From contig NC_086097.1 in the NCBI RefSeq assembly GCF_963921235.1, positions 126,358,001 to 126,422,000 on the forward strand: DNA of 64,000 nucleotides. The letters run 5' to 3'. Positions 1 to 12,200 of the stretch are shown piece after piece. Position numbers and translations under genes: made by a program. The stretch is from Mobula hypostoma. Taxonomy: Eukaryota. Every line of letters begins with the position of its first letter. Position 1 is the stretch's first letter. A model generated the notes under the pieces. That model made no database searches and was not told the DNA's origin. It worked only from the letters and a program-made list of their open reading frames with translations.

Positions 1-136
1 GTTTTTATGTAATTATGCCAACAATATGGTAGAAGCTGTTACTGACCATTAGTCAGACCAGAATATAACTAACAAGAATGACCAATTTGTTTCAATGTTA
101 TATACTAATCGTTTTATAAATTCTCCCCCTCTGAAG

Positions 137-230
137 GCATTTGATGCATTAAATCAGTTCTACCTACTTGATCATTCAAACCAAGTACAGTTCTTTTACC
201 TGAAATACCTGGAGCCAGATATCTTTGAAG
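137..230 (+). CDS. TRP-like channel exon [32 protein letters not shown]
   Basis: Acceptor ttctccccctctgaag, donor G|gtggga, open frame, ends in phase 1. Confidence 0.8.
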
Positions 231-3200
231 GTGGGATTTATTTTAATATATGAACCGACGATTGTTGTGAGCAGATCTAATTAAAGTGGTAATTGATTAT
301 TGTGTATCATTTTCTGGATATTCACTGGCACTTCTGTGTGAAAGTATCGCATTAGATAAAAATGCTTGGAAGTCCTTTTCATTGCTTTCTTTGGAAGGGC
401 CATCATTGGAAACTTGAGTCATGTAGTAAAATTTCAACAATTTGCTTGTGGGGCCAGGAACATTGGAAATGCTCCTCCAATTTCCACAATAACATCCTGG
501 GATGCTGCTATATTGGTTTACTTCCTCTCCTCAGAATGTCCTCCTTCCCTCTAGACTTGCCTCAGTGGTATGCCCTAGGAAACAATCTGATTATCTGTTT
601 GCATCCTACAAACCACGTGATATTGTAGTCATGCACTAATAATGGCTGGGCCTCCTGTAAGGGTGTTCAAGCAATCACCCACGCAAAATGCTGTGCTGTA
701 TTTCTTCTTAAGGAGAGTCATACTAAAGCTTTGATTTAAGCCAGTACTGTTTGGATTTTAATTAAGGAGCTACCACAAAAGGATCAATTTCTCTAATGTT
801 TATTTACTAGTGGGGGTAATGCACATTTTTATGTGCGTTGCTTAAGAATAAAGCCAACAGTTCTAATACTGAGACATGACTTGTTGCTCTTTGGGACAAA
901 ATTAATTTATATCTTTGTCATTCTGCTCTTACTTTTAGAGCAAGAAAAAGACAGAAAACAAGCGGTAAGCATTTGGCAAAGAAATGGTAGATAAATTGCA
1001 TTCAGGTCAAGGATTCAGTAATTTACAATATTATTGATATTAACCTACTGTAAATGCAACAGAACTTCCCCTTCATTTGCTGTTGCTGGCTATCTCCCCT
1101 CTATCTTTCAATCCAGATGAGGAGTCTCAACCCGAAATGTCTATTTCTTTCTACAGATGCTATCTAACTCATTGAGTTCCTCCAGCTGTTTATTTTTTGA
1201 TTGAGGTTCCAATTTCTGCTGTCTCTTTGAAACTGAACTGGTCATTCCTATCCATAATTCAGTGTAACTACTTGTTTGCATTCTTCTAAATTTTAACTCT
1301 GTTTTATAGTTGTGGAGAAATATTCTTTAATCTTAAAAATGTAAATCATTGCAACACAAAAACTGTACTTTATTTTATGTTAATTGCATTTCAATGTACA
1401 ATTTAGGCAAGCAAATTTTGTCCCAGAAAAGCTGTGAAGAAATCTTCTCTACCATTATAAAGCCTCTCCCCCAACTCTCAACCTATATACCCCCATAATA
1501 AGTAGCAGTAGTCCTACACCTCTGAGTTTCTTGTTTCTATGCTCTGATGAACTCAGAGCAGCTTAGGCTGAAAATTATTGACATCACATTTAATATATTA
1601 AAGATGTGAATAAGAAGAATGCAATTCACAAAAGAAACTAGTGCAAAACTGTCACATACTACTTAAGGCCAACAACCACAAAGGTCTGAGGACTGGGACT
1701 CAGTAGGTCTTGGTAAGGAGGATGGATAAAGTGTGACCTCTAATTAAATTGTTTTTAAAAATATTGCTTTTTTGTTTCTTATTAGATTGACCTGATAGTG
1801 AAGCATCAGATATTTAATGTCTTAAAACACCCTGTTATTCAGCATTTCATTGACTTGAAATGGAAAAGATATGGATTGTAAGTAGATACTATGTTATCTT
1901 TCATCATTGCCTTATTGAGATTTTCTGTTTTTCTTACAAGCCTGCAATAGTTATGCCTGTTCAATGATTTTTTTTAAGGGTAGAGCTAGTTTAGAGAGCT
2001 GGAGTATTTTATTCTCCCAGAAGGTGGTGAAGAAGGCGAATGCAATGTTGGCATTCATTTCTAGAGGAATAGAGTATAGGAGCAGGGATGTGATGTTGAG
2101 GCTCTATAAGGCGCTGGTGAGACCTCACTTGGAATACTGTGGGCAGTTTTGGTCTCCTTATTTAAGAAAGGATGTGCTGATGTTGGAGAGGGTACAGAGA
2201 AGATTCACTAGAATGATTCCCGGAATGAGATGGTTAACATATGAGGAACGTTTGTCCGCCCTTGGACTGTGCTCCTCGGAGTTCAGAAGAATGAGGGGAG
2301 ACCTCATAGAAACATTTCGAATGTTGAAAGGCATGGACAGAATGGATGTGGCAAAGTTGTTTCCCATGATGGGGGGTCTAGTACGAGAGGGCATGACTTA
2401 AGGATTGAAGGGCGCCCATTCAGAACAGAAATGCGAAGAAATTTTTTTAGCCTGAAGGTGGTGAATCTATGGAATTTGTTGCCATGGGCAGCAGTGGAGG
2501 CCAAGTCATTGGGTGTATTTAAGGCAGAGATTGATAGGTATCTGAGTAGCCAGGGCATCAAAGGTTATGGTGAGAAGGCAATGGAATGGGACTAAATGGG
2601 AGAATGGATCAGCTCATGATAAAATGGCGGAGCAGACTCGATGGGCCGAATGGCCGACTTCTGCTCCTATGTCTTATGGCCTTAGAAGGGATTAACCTTT
2701 AGAATAACTTATATGCACAAATACTTTAAGCAGATTTTCTGTAATCACTCAGAAGGGAGTTGGATGGCTTCCTTGTGTTGGCTTCTACTGACAAGCAATA
2801 AAATTAAATAAGTTATTGAATGATGCATCAAATGACCATTGCATTTTTCAAAACAAAACATTTTTTACATCAGCCTTTGGATTGTAATGAAATTTCTAAG
2901 AGTTCTTTTGGCCTAGAGAGCTTTATGTTTTAAAACCTATTATAGACGACCTCTGCATTACAGCCATTTAGGTAATGGAACTTTGTTCTTAGAGAATTCA
3001 CAAGTAAGTACCCAAATCTTGAGGTATGGAATAAAATTTACTCTTAATGACATCTCTGAAAAGACAGTACACAATTAAACAGCAAATTTATGTTTTTTTC
3101 AACCTTGCATTTCTTAATGTAGGCACAGATGACAGTGTTTTGTGTTTCCGAAAATCACTGTTCACTAGGATTGCAAAACCCTTCTCCCTCCCCTCTCCTG

Positions 3201-6200
3201 TAATATTGAGGTCACCTCTATTTGAATATTTTGAGATTCCATTGTGGATAAATATTGTTATTTAGTTGCAATACATTGTTATGATACACAGCCAATGTTT
3301 CACGGTTAACTTGTTGGCCTTTTTTTTCTGCTAACATTTGTATGATCCACCTGTCACAAACATGCATCTTAATCCTGGTTTATTTATTGGCTTTAGACCA
3401 TAATTTCTAATTAGTAGTCTTCCTGAAGTGAGGTAAGCCACTGGACAAGTAAAGATTGTCTACTTAAGGCAATTTTTAAGCACTTCATGAATTATTTCAG
3501 CAGCTATTTAGAATTGCTCAGAACTTTGGAGTTGTTTAGTTTTAAGTAGTATCTATGCTGCTCACAGTGATACCTTTAACATTTATTTTAAGGATCTGGA
3601 GGAACCTGAGCAAAATATCATGCTATTTTAAAGATATTTAGATTACTAATCATTTTATGGAAGTGTGTTTACCAATATTGTTATGTTTTGTAACTCCAAA
3701 ACATTAAGCTAATACAAAGAAAGACACGGGAGTCCGAAATGTGAGTCTAACTTGGTATTTACTTTTAGCAAGAAGTGCACATATCACGTAGTAGCGTCAT
3801 GGCATATGCAATTCACTTATTTTACGAATAACCATAATGAATTATATAAACAATGAAGAATGCTTCATCAAACAATGTATTTACAAGATTATTCAAAAAT
3901 TACTGAAATATTAAATGCACAACACTCCTCCCTGCTTAGCTATAAACTCCAACTCAACAGAGAATGCATCTCAATTATATACATAGTATACTATATAATA
4001 TAACTACTATAATCAGACATCCACAGCATAGTAAATTTTAAATTCTGCCATTATGGCCTAAAGATTTAATTGCTGTGGAGGATTTCTTACTCTTGTAGGT
4101 AACGGCTTTCTTGACAAGGGAGTTCACTCTGCTTTGCAAGTGAGAATTGTGGCTGTCAAACAATCTCAGGCTCTGGGGCCTCCTCCTCGGTGGTTGTAGG
4201 AGTTGACGCTGAAACTTCAGGAAGTGGTTCTGACAGCTCTGGACACCTTTCTTCTCCTCTTCTTTGCTCTTCGCTATCTTTATCCCACTTTTTCTTTCTC
4301 ACATACCTTTTCTCTTTCATGCCTTTCTCTTTTTACTCATGTTCTTTCTCTCTATCCCTTCTCTCCTTTTCAAATTGTCTTTCTTTTTCTTTTCCTTTTC
4401 TTCTTTCTAGGATTACATGTTGATCTTGAGAAGGTGCATTTAGTTCACTGGAGTATTTTATTAATCTTTCTATTGGTCTCTTTATGATCTGATCTCTCTC
4501 CTCGGTTTCCTCATCCACAACATCATCTGACTAATCTTCTGTTTTCATATCTCTATTGACTCTTTTTGGCCTTCTAGTCACGCAGCTGGGCTTTTACAGC
4601 TGCTTTTTGTCTCCACTTGAAGTTCATGCAATAACCTTAATACATGCACAGTAGATTCTGGTTCTTTATACTGACAAAATCCAAATGCTTGCAGCTTTCC
4701 TGAAGCTCCTTGAACTCTCTTTGAGCTTAAAACTAGGCCACATTATGTAAGTAACTGCCTGATTAAACTGCCTGTTTTCTCATCGGACCACTGCTTTCAT
4801 TGTTTTCTCAATTCTTCTGAGCAGCATGGTCCTTCCTTGGCCCAATGTGCTTTCCAACCAGAGGCACTGTCATGAATGCTATTCCCTTTTTCCGGTATAT
4901 GTTTTTAGTTGGTTATCTACAGGCTTCACTTTAGTATAGAACATAGAATAGTGCAGCACAGTACAGGCCCTTCGGCCCACAATGTTGTGCCGACCCTCAA
5001 ACCCTGCCTCCCATATAACCCCCCACCGACCTTAAATTCCTCCATATACCTGTCTAGTAGTCTCTTAAATTTCACTAGTGTACCTGCCTCCACCACTGAC
5101 TCAGGTAGTGCATTCCACGCACCAACCACTCTCTGAGTAAAGAACCTTCCTCTAATATCTCCTCAATCCCTTCTTAAGCTCCTTTCTTGCTACCCTATAT
5201 TCCTCAATAGACCCATCTGATCCTTGCTTCCTAAACCTCATGTATGCTGCCTTATTCCACCTGACTAGATTTTCCACTTCACTTGTCACCCATGGTTCCT
5301 TCACCCTACCTTTCTCTATCTTCCTCACCGGGACAAATTTATCCGTAACATCCTGCAAGAGATCCCTAAACATCGACCACATGCCCATAGTACATTTCCC
5401 TGCAAAAACATCATCCCAATTCACACCTGCAAGTTCTAGCCTTATAGCCTCATAATTTGCTCTTTCCGAATTAAAAGTTTTCCTGTCCTCTCTGATTCTA
5501 TCCTTTTCCATGATAATGATAAAGGTCAGGGAGTGGTGGTCACTGTCCCCCAGATGCTCACCCACTGACAGATCTGTGACCTGACCTGGTTCATTACCTA
5601 GTACTAGATCTAGTACGGCATTCCCCCTAGTCGGCCTGTCCGCATACTGTGACAGGAATCTGTCCTGGACACACTTAACAAACTCTGCCTCGTCTAAACC
5701 ATTGGAACTAATCAGGTGCCAATCAATATTAGGGAAGTTAAAGTCACTCATGATAACAACACTGTTATTTTTGCACCTTTCCAAAATCTGCCTTCCAATC
5801 TGCTCGTCGGTATCTCTGCGGCTACCGGGGGCATACAGAATACTCCCAATAGAGTAACTGCTCCCTTCCTGTTCCTGACTTCTGACTCAAAAGAGGATCC
5901 TGCTACATTACCTGCCCTTTCTGTAGCTGTAATAGTATCCCTGACCAGTAATGCCACCCCTCCTCCCCTTCCCCCCCCCATCCCTTTTAAAGCACTGAAA
6001 TCCAGGAATATTGAGAATCCATTCCTGCCCTGGTGCCAGCCAAGTCTCTGTAATGGCCACTACATCATAATTCCATGTATGTATCCAAGCTCTCAGTTCA
6101 TCACCTTTGTTCCTGATGCTTCTTGCATTGAGGTGCACACACTATAGCCCTTCTGCCTTACTACCTTTACACCCTTTATTCTGTTTCTCTTTCCTCAAAG

Positions 6201-9200
6201 CCTCTCTATATATTAGATCTGGCTTTACTCCATGCACTTCTTTCACTGCTCTATCACTCTGGGTTCCATTCCCCTTGCAAGTTAGTTTAAACCCTCCTGA
6301 ACCATGTTAGCAAACCTACCTGTGAGGATATTGTTCCCCCTCAAGTTCAGGTGCAACCCATCCAATCTGTACAGGTCCCAACTTCCCCAGAAGAAATCCC
6401 AATGATCCAAAAATCTAAAACCCTGCTCCTGGCACCAACTCCTCAGCCACGCATTCAACTGCCATCTCCTCCAATTTTTACCATCACTGTCACGTAGCAC
6501 TGGCAGCAATCCTGAGAATGCCACCCTTGAGGTCCTGTTGTTCAGCCTTCTGCCTAGTTCCCGAAATTCACACTTCAGGACCTCATCCCTCTTCCTGTCT
6601 ATGCCATTGGTGCTAACATGTATCATGACTTCTGGTTGCTTTCCCTCTCGTACCAGGATGTCGTGCACCCGGTCAGAGACATCCTGGACCCTGGCACCCA
6701 GGAGGCAGCAAACCATGCGGGTGTCCTTCTCATGTCCACAAAATTTCCTGTCTGCTCCCCTGACTATAGAGTCTCCAATGACAAAAGCTCTCCTCTTCTC
6801 CATCCCACCCTTCTGCACCACAGGGTCAGACTCAGTGCCAGAGGCCCTGCCACCGTGGCTCACACCTGGTCAGTCATCCCTGCCAACAGTATCCAGGACG
6901 GTGAACTTATTATTCAGGGGAATGGCTACAGGGGTGCTCTGTACTACCTGTCTGCTCCCCTTCGCTTTCCCCCCTCTGACTGTCACCCAACGACCTGCTT
7001 CCAGCAGCCTAGGTGTGACTACCTCCCTGTAGCTCTCATCTATGACTGCCTCATTCTCCCTTATGAGTCAAAGGTCATCCAGCTGCTGCTCTAGATTCCT
7101 TACACGGTCTTCCAGATCGCCCAGCCATATGCACTTCTGGCAGATGTGACTCTGCGGGAGAGGGGCGTTCCCCCACGACTGCCACATCTCACATGAGAGG
7201 CACATCACCATCTCAGGAGGCATTGTAAAAACTAACTGGGAGCAAGCTCGTTCTCCGCCTCTTTTTGTTGAAGCCTCTCGAGTATCTCTGAAATGCCATT
7301 TGAACTCATTGAACCAGTTGAACCAGTATCTAACTATAATTGAATTGATTTGTCCTTTACTTCTGGTGTAAGCCATATTAATTGTCTATTGCTAGTTTTC
7401 ACATTATGAAAGTTAAGGCTACCCAGTCCTGTGTCACTCTCCTCATTATTAGATTTTTCATCAACGGCATGCAGATTAATGCTCTTGTTGAAACTGCAAC
7501 TTGACTTTGTATCTTTTTTCTCTTTTCTCTGTAGTCCAATCATTTTCGTCTGCCCAACACACTATTTTGAATGTGACCTAGTTTGTTGCATTTGCTGCAA
7601 GTTTAAGCCTTTAAATTTGCATTGGTCTGGTGTAAGTGTGCCCCTATTGCAATGGTAACACAAATTGTTCGGCTGGGCACACTGATGCTTAGGTGTTGCA
7701 ATTTTGTTCATTCACTTTCATTTCTGACTGCAACTAATTTGTGGCTCTGTCTGCTGTTTTCATTGATACAGTAATTTCAACTAGTTTCTAAAATTTAAGT
7801 TGAGCTTCAGATAGAAGCCATTTTTGAATGCTTTCTTGTAAGATTCCACAAATTATCAATCTCCCAGTGCATCATTAAACCGATTACTGAACTGACAATG
7901 CTCACACACCTTCAATTCAGCCGTGTACGTTGAAATGGACTCCCCGTCCTTTTGATTTCACTTATGAAACCTAAAGCATTCTGCAATCTACAGTGGCTTT
8001 TGTTCTAAGTATTCTTGCATTACTTTCACAATGATAGGAAAGCTGATTTCTGCTGGTTTGGTTGCAGCAGTTAAGCTTCAAAGCAAACTGTATGCCTTTA
8101 AACCAAAAACACTCAGCAGATTTGGTAATTGTTTCCCATTGGCTATTTTATTTGCTTCAAAATACTGTATACTGAAGTATACATGAGCCAGTTACCCATT
8201 GAGCAATTAAATACATCTATTTTTCTGATGTGGGCGGCTCTTTCTGCTTTTTTATGATTATTATTACCCAGTACTCACTCTTTATGAACTCTGAATTCTT
8301 CCATTTTCTGCCTTTTTTAACTCGACTGTCTCTGCACATGCGAGAACGCATTTTTTACTTGCCTTTCCTTGCTGAGCTTATGAGCTTTTTTCAGTTTGAA
8401 CGTGTCACTGTGCTTCAACAGGTCAGTGGCTGTCTAGGGTTCATTTTTAAAATACCTTGTCGCCACTGTTATGTCTTGTAACTTCAAAAACATTGATCTA
8501 ATTCAAAGAAAGGCACAGGAGTCCAAAATGTGAGTCTAACTTGGTATTTACTTTAGGCACGTATCACGTGGTTTTCTCATGATGTATGCAATTCACTTAT
8601 TTTTAGATTCAGTATAATCATAAGGAATTATATAAGCAGTAAATAATGCTTAATCAAACAATATATTTACAAGATTACACACATATTATTGAAATATTAA
8701 ATACACAACAAATATTATTTGTCATTTTATTCTGAGCTTTTAATGTGTATCTAAACTTCTCAGTGAGGAGTTTAAGCAAAGTATCAAAATGTCTCTGCTC
8801 CTGTAACTGTAGTCTGGAATGGAGCAGAGGATATGATAAAGAAACATTCTGGTGTAATTTCAGGTGTTAAACTACTTTAAATTATTGCATGAGAAGTAAA
8901 CATTTACCCTAGGGGATATAGTAATTGCTTAGTTACTTCTCAGAATACAAAAAAACACTCTTCCAGATGAAGATAGAGCTTCCTAGGGTCATAGAACACT
9001 ACTGCATAGAAACAGACCCTTTGGCTTATCTAGTCTGGGCCAGACAATTAATTTGCCTAGTCCCATCAACCTGCATCCAGACTATAGCCACCTGTATCCC
9101 TCCTATCCATGTACCTATCCTAATTACTCTTAAATGTTGAAATTGACCCAACATCTACCATTTGTGTTGGTAGCTTGTTCCACATACTCACCACGTGAAG

Positions 9201-12200
9201 AAGATCCTCCTCATGTTCCCCTTAAACATTTCACCCTTAACCCATGATCTCTAGTTCTAGAATCATCCAAACTGAGTGGGAAAAGCCTGCATGCATTTAC
9301 CCTATCTGTACCTCGCATAATGTTGGGTACCTCCATCAAATCTCCTCTCAGTCTTCTGCATTCTAGGGAATAAAGTCCGAACCTATTTAATCTTTTCTTG
9401 TAACTCAGGTCTTCAATCCCAGCACCACCCCTGTAAATTTTCTCTGTACTCTTTCAATCTTACTTACATCTTTCCTGTAGGTAGGTGACCAAAACTGGAC
9501 ATAATAAGGAGATCCAACCTGAATCCGAGGCTCCATCGGTGCAGTAGGCCCTTTTTTCTTCCCATCTCGCGGCGACTTCACAACAACAGACTTCTTCTGT
9601 TGCGGTTTACGAGGCATATCGTAGAGTAGTCTTACAAAGTTTATAAGTAGTTTTCGGAAAGTATTTATTGACTTTACTTTGTTTAAATGGTACTTTGCTG
9701 ATTTTTTATGGGAGAGCTGGATTTACACGTCTCAATCCCATGTCATCACGTGACGCCCCCCCCCCACTGCAGCAACATTTAAAAACACACTTAGCAACGA
9801 TAATAAATATAATAATAATATTAACTAATAATAAAATACATAATAATATACACAATAATAATGTACCAATGTGCAATACTGTGCAATAATAATGTACAAA
9901 ATAATAAAACGGAGACTATTGTACTGTGATGTGTGTTCTGTTGCACAGAGATGAACTATTGTATATGCTTATTGCATTTGGTAGGAAAGATTTTCTGTGA
10001 CAATCCTTGTGACAGTGGAGCTGAATAAGCCTGTTGGAAAGGATGCTGTGCTGCTTATTCAGTAGGTCATGGAGAGGATGTGCCTGATTGTCCATGATGG
10101 ATAACAGTTTGTTTAGCGACCTTCTCTCCACCACTAACTCAAATGAGTCTGGGTTGTAGCCAAGGACAGATCCAGCCTTTTGGATGAGTTTATTTAGTCT
10201 TTTCGCATTACTAGTGCTGATGCTGCCTCCCCCACATAAAGCTACAAAGAAGACTGGTAAAAGATGTCCAACATCCTGTTGTACTAATTGAAGGATCTCA
10301 ACTTCCTTAGAAAATAGAGTCTGCTCATCCCCTTCTTGTAAACAGCCTTGGTGTTAGTTTTCCAGTCAAGTCTTTTGTCGAGGTGAACACCCAAGTATTT
10401 GTACTCCTCCACCACTGCAACACCTTCTCCCAGAATGTACAGGATTTGTCACAGTCCTCTTCCTCCTAAAATTGATCATGATCTCCCTGGATTTGGCCAC
10501 ATTCAGGAGCAGGATTTTCTCCTGCACCACTCCACAAACTTGTTCATCTGTACTCTGACTCTTGCCCATCTCTGATACACCCAACCACCGCAGAGTCATC
10601 AGAGAACTTCTGCAAGTGAGAAGACTCAGATTTGTACTGAAAGTCTGAGGTGTACAGTGTGAACAGAAACAGAGACAGGCAGTCCCTTGTGGTGCTCCAG
10701 TGCCACTCACCACCATCTCAGACAGAGAACTACCCAGCCACACAAACTGGGGTCTATCTGACAGGTAGTCAGTAATCCAGGAGATAGTGGATTTGTCTAC
10801 GCCCATCCTTTGCAGCTTCTCGCTCAGAGGAAGTGGCTGGATTGTATTGGAGGCATTAGAGAAATCAAAAATGTGATTCTCACAATGTCACCAGCATCAT
10901 CCAGGTGGGAGTGAGCTAATTTGCTGATCCAGTTGACCATATTATCATCCAGCTTATTGATATAGATAACAAACAACAATGGACCCAGCACAGATCCCTG
11001 CAGCACACCACTATTCACAGGCCTCCAGTCAGAGAGGCAACCATCTACAACCACTCTCTGGCTTCTTCTGCGAAGCCAATGTCTAATACAATTTACTACC
11101 TCAGTTTGAGTGCCAAGTGACTGATTCTTCTTGACCAACCTCCCATGTGGGACCTTGTCAAACGTCTTGCTGAAGTCCACATAGACAACATCTACTGCCT
11201 CACCTTCATCAACGTATCTGGTAGCTTCTTCAAGAAACTCTATAAGATTGGTTAGATGCTACTTACCATGCACAAGCTATGTTGATTATCACTAATCAGC
11301 TCTGCCTATCCAAATTTTTATCCAGCCAGTCACTGAAAGTACCTTCCTATAACTTTCCCACTACTGATGTCAGGCTCACCAGCCTATAATTTTCTGGCTT
11401 ATTCTTGGAGTCTTTCTTAAACAACAAAACAACATTAGCTATTCTCCAGGCACCTCACTATTGGCTAAGGATGCTTTAAATATTTCTGTTAGGGCCCCTG
11501 CAATTTCTGCACTTGCTTCCCACAGGGTCTGAGGGAATATTTTGTCTGGCTTTATCCACCCTAATTTGTCTTAAGACAGCAAGCACTACCTCCTCTATAA
11601 TCTGTATAGGGTTCACATCTATAGACTCTATGTCTGTCTTCCAAGTAAATACAGATACAAAAAATCCATTTAAGATCTCTCCCGTCTCTTTTGGCTCCAT
11701 GCATATATTACCACACTGATTTTCCCTTGCTGTCCTTTTGCCCTTATGGTATTTGTAAAAGCCCTTAGGATTCTCCTTTAACTTCTCTGCTAGAGCAACC
11801 TCATGGTTTCTTTTAGCCCTCCTGATTTCCTCATTAAGTATTCTCTTGCATTTCTTTTCTCTTCAAGTGCCTACTTACTTGTTCCTGTCTGCTTACACCT
11901 ACTATGCACCTTCTTTTTATTAACCAGGGCCTCAATATCTCCCAAAAACCAAGGTTCCTTAAACCCACTATCCTTGCCTTTTATTCTGACAGGAACATAT
12001 CAATTCTGTACTCTCAAAATTTCACTTTTGAAGGCTTCCACTTACCAAGTATACCTTTGCCAGAAATCAACCTGCCCCAATCCACACTTGTCAGATCCTT
12101 TCTGATATGATCAAAATTGGCCATTTTCCAATTTAGAATCCTGAATCAAGGACCAGACCTATCCTTTTCCATAATTACCTTGAAACTAATGGCATTTTGA

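Larger units (their letters stand above)
3679..8710 (-). mobile_element. Gypsy-like LTR retrotransposon with two LTRs, decayed gag, pol largely missing, and a nested CR1
   Basis: Direct repeats 3679-3924 and 8467-8710 with TG...CA ends. 5-bp TSD AATAT at 3674-3678 and 8711-8715. On the minus strand, PBS-like TGGCGACAAGG follows the right LTR and PPT AAGCAGGGAGGAG precedes the left LTR. Gag-like remnant ([21 protein letters not shown]) lies at about 7900-8200. Confidence 0.9.

Noticed and set aside
362..628. ORFs in the exon A-B intron
   Set aside because: No recognisable domain or phase-compatible splice sites; probably decayed repeat.
1407..1460. Candidate exon after tttag between exons B and C
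   Set aside because: In-frame TAA and no suitable donor; not needed for frame continuity.
4190..4487. Hydrophobic F/L/S-rich ORFs as membrane proteins
   Set aside because: An artefact of a pyrimidine-rich strand inside an LTR element.
6282..6863. Stand-alone SGNH/GDSL esterase gene (also 17862-18461 and 31430-31960)
   Set aside because: These are ORF1 domains of CR1 LINEs, directly upstream of APE endonuclease remnants.
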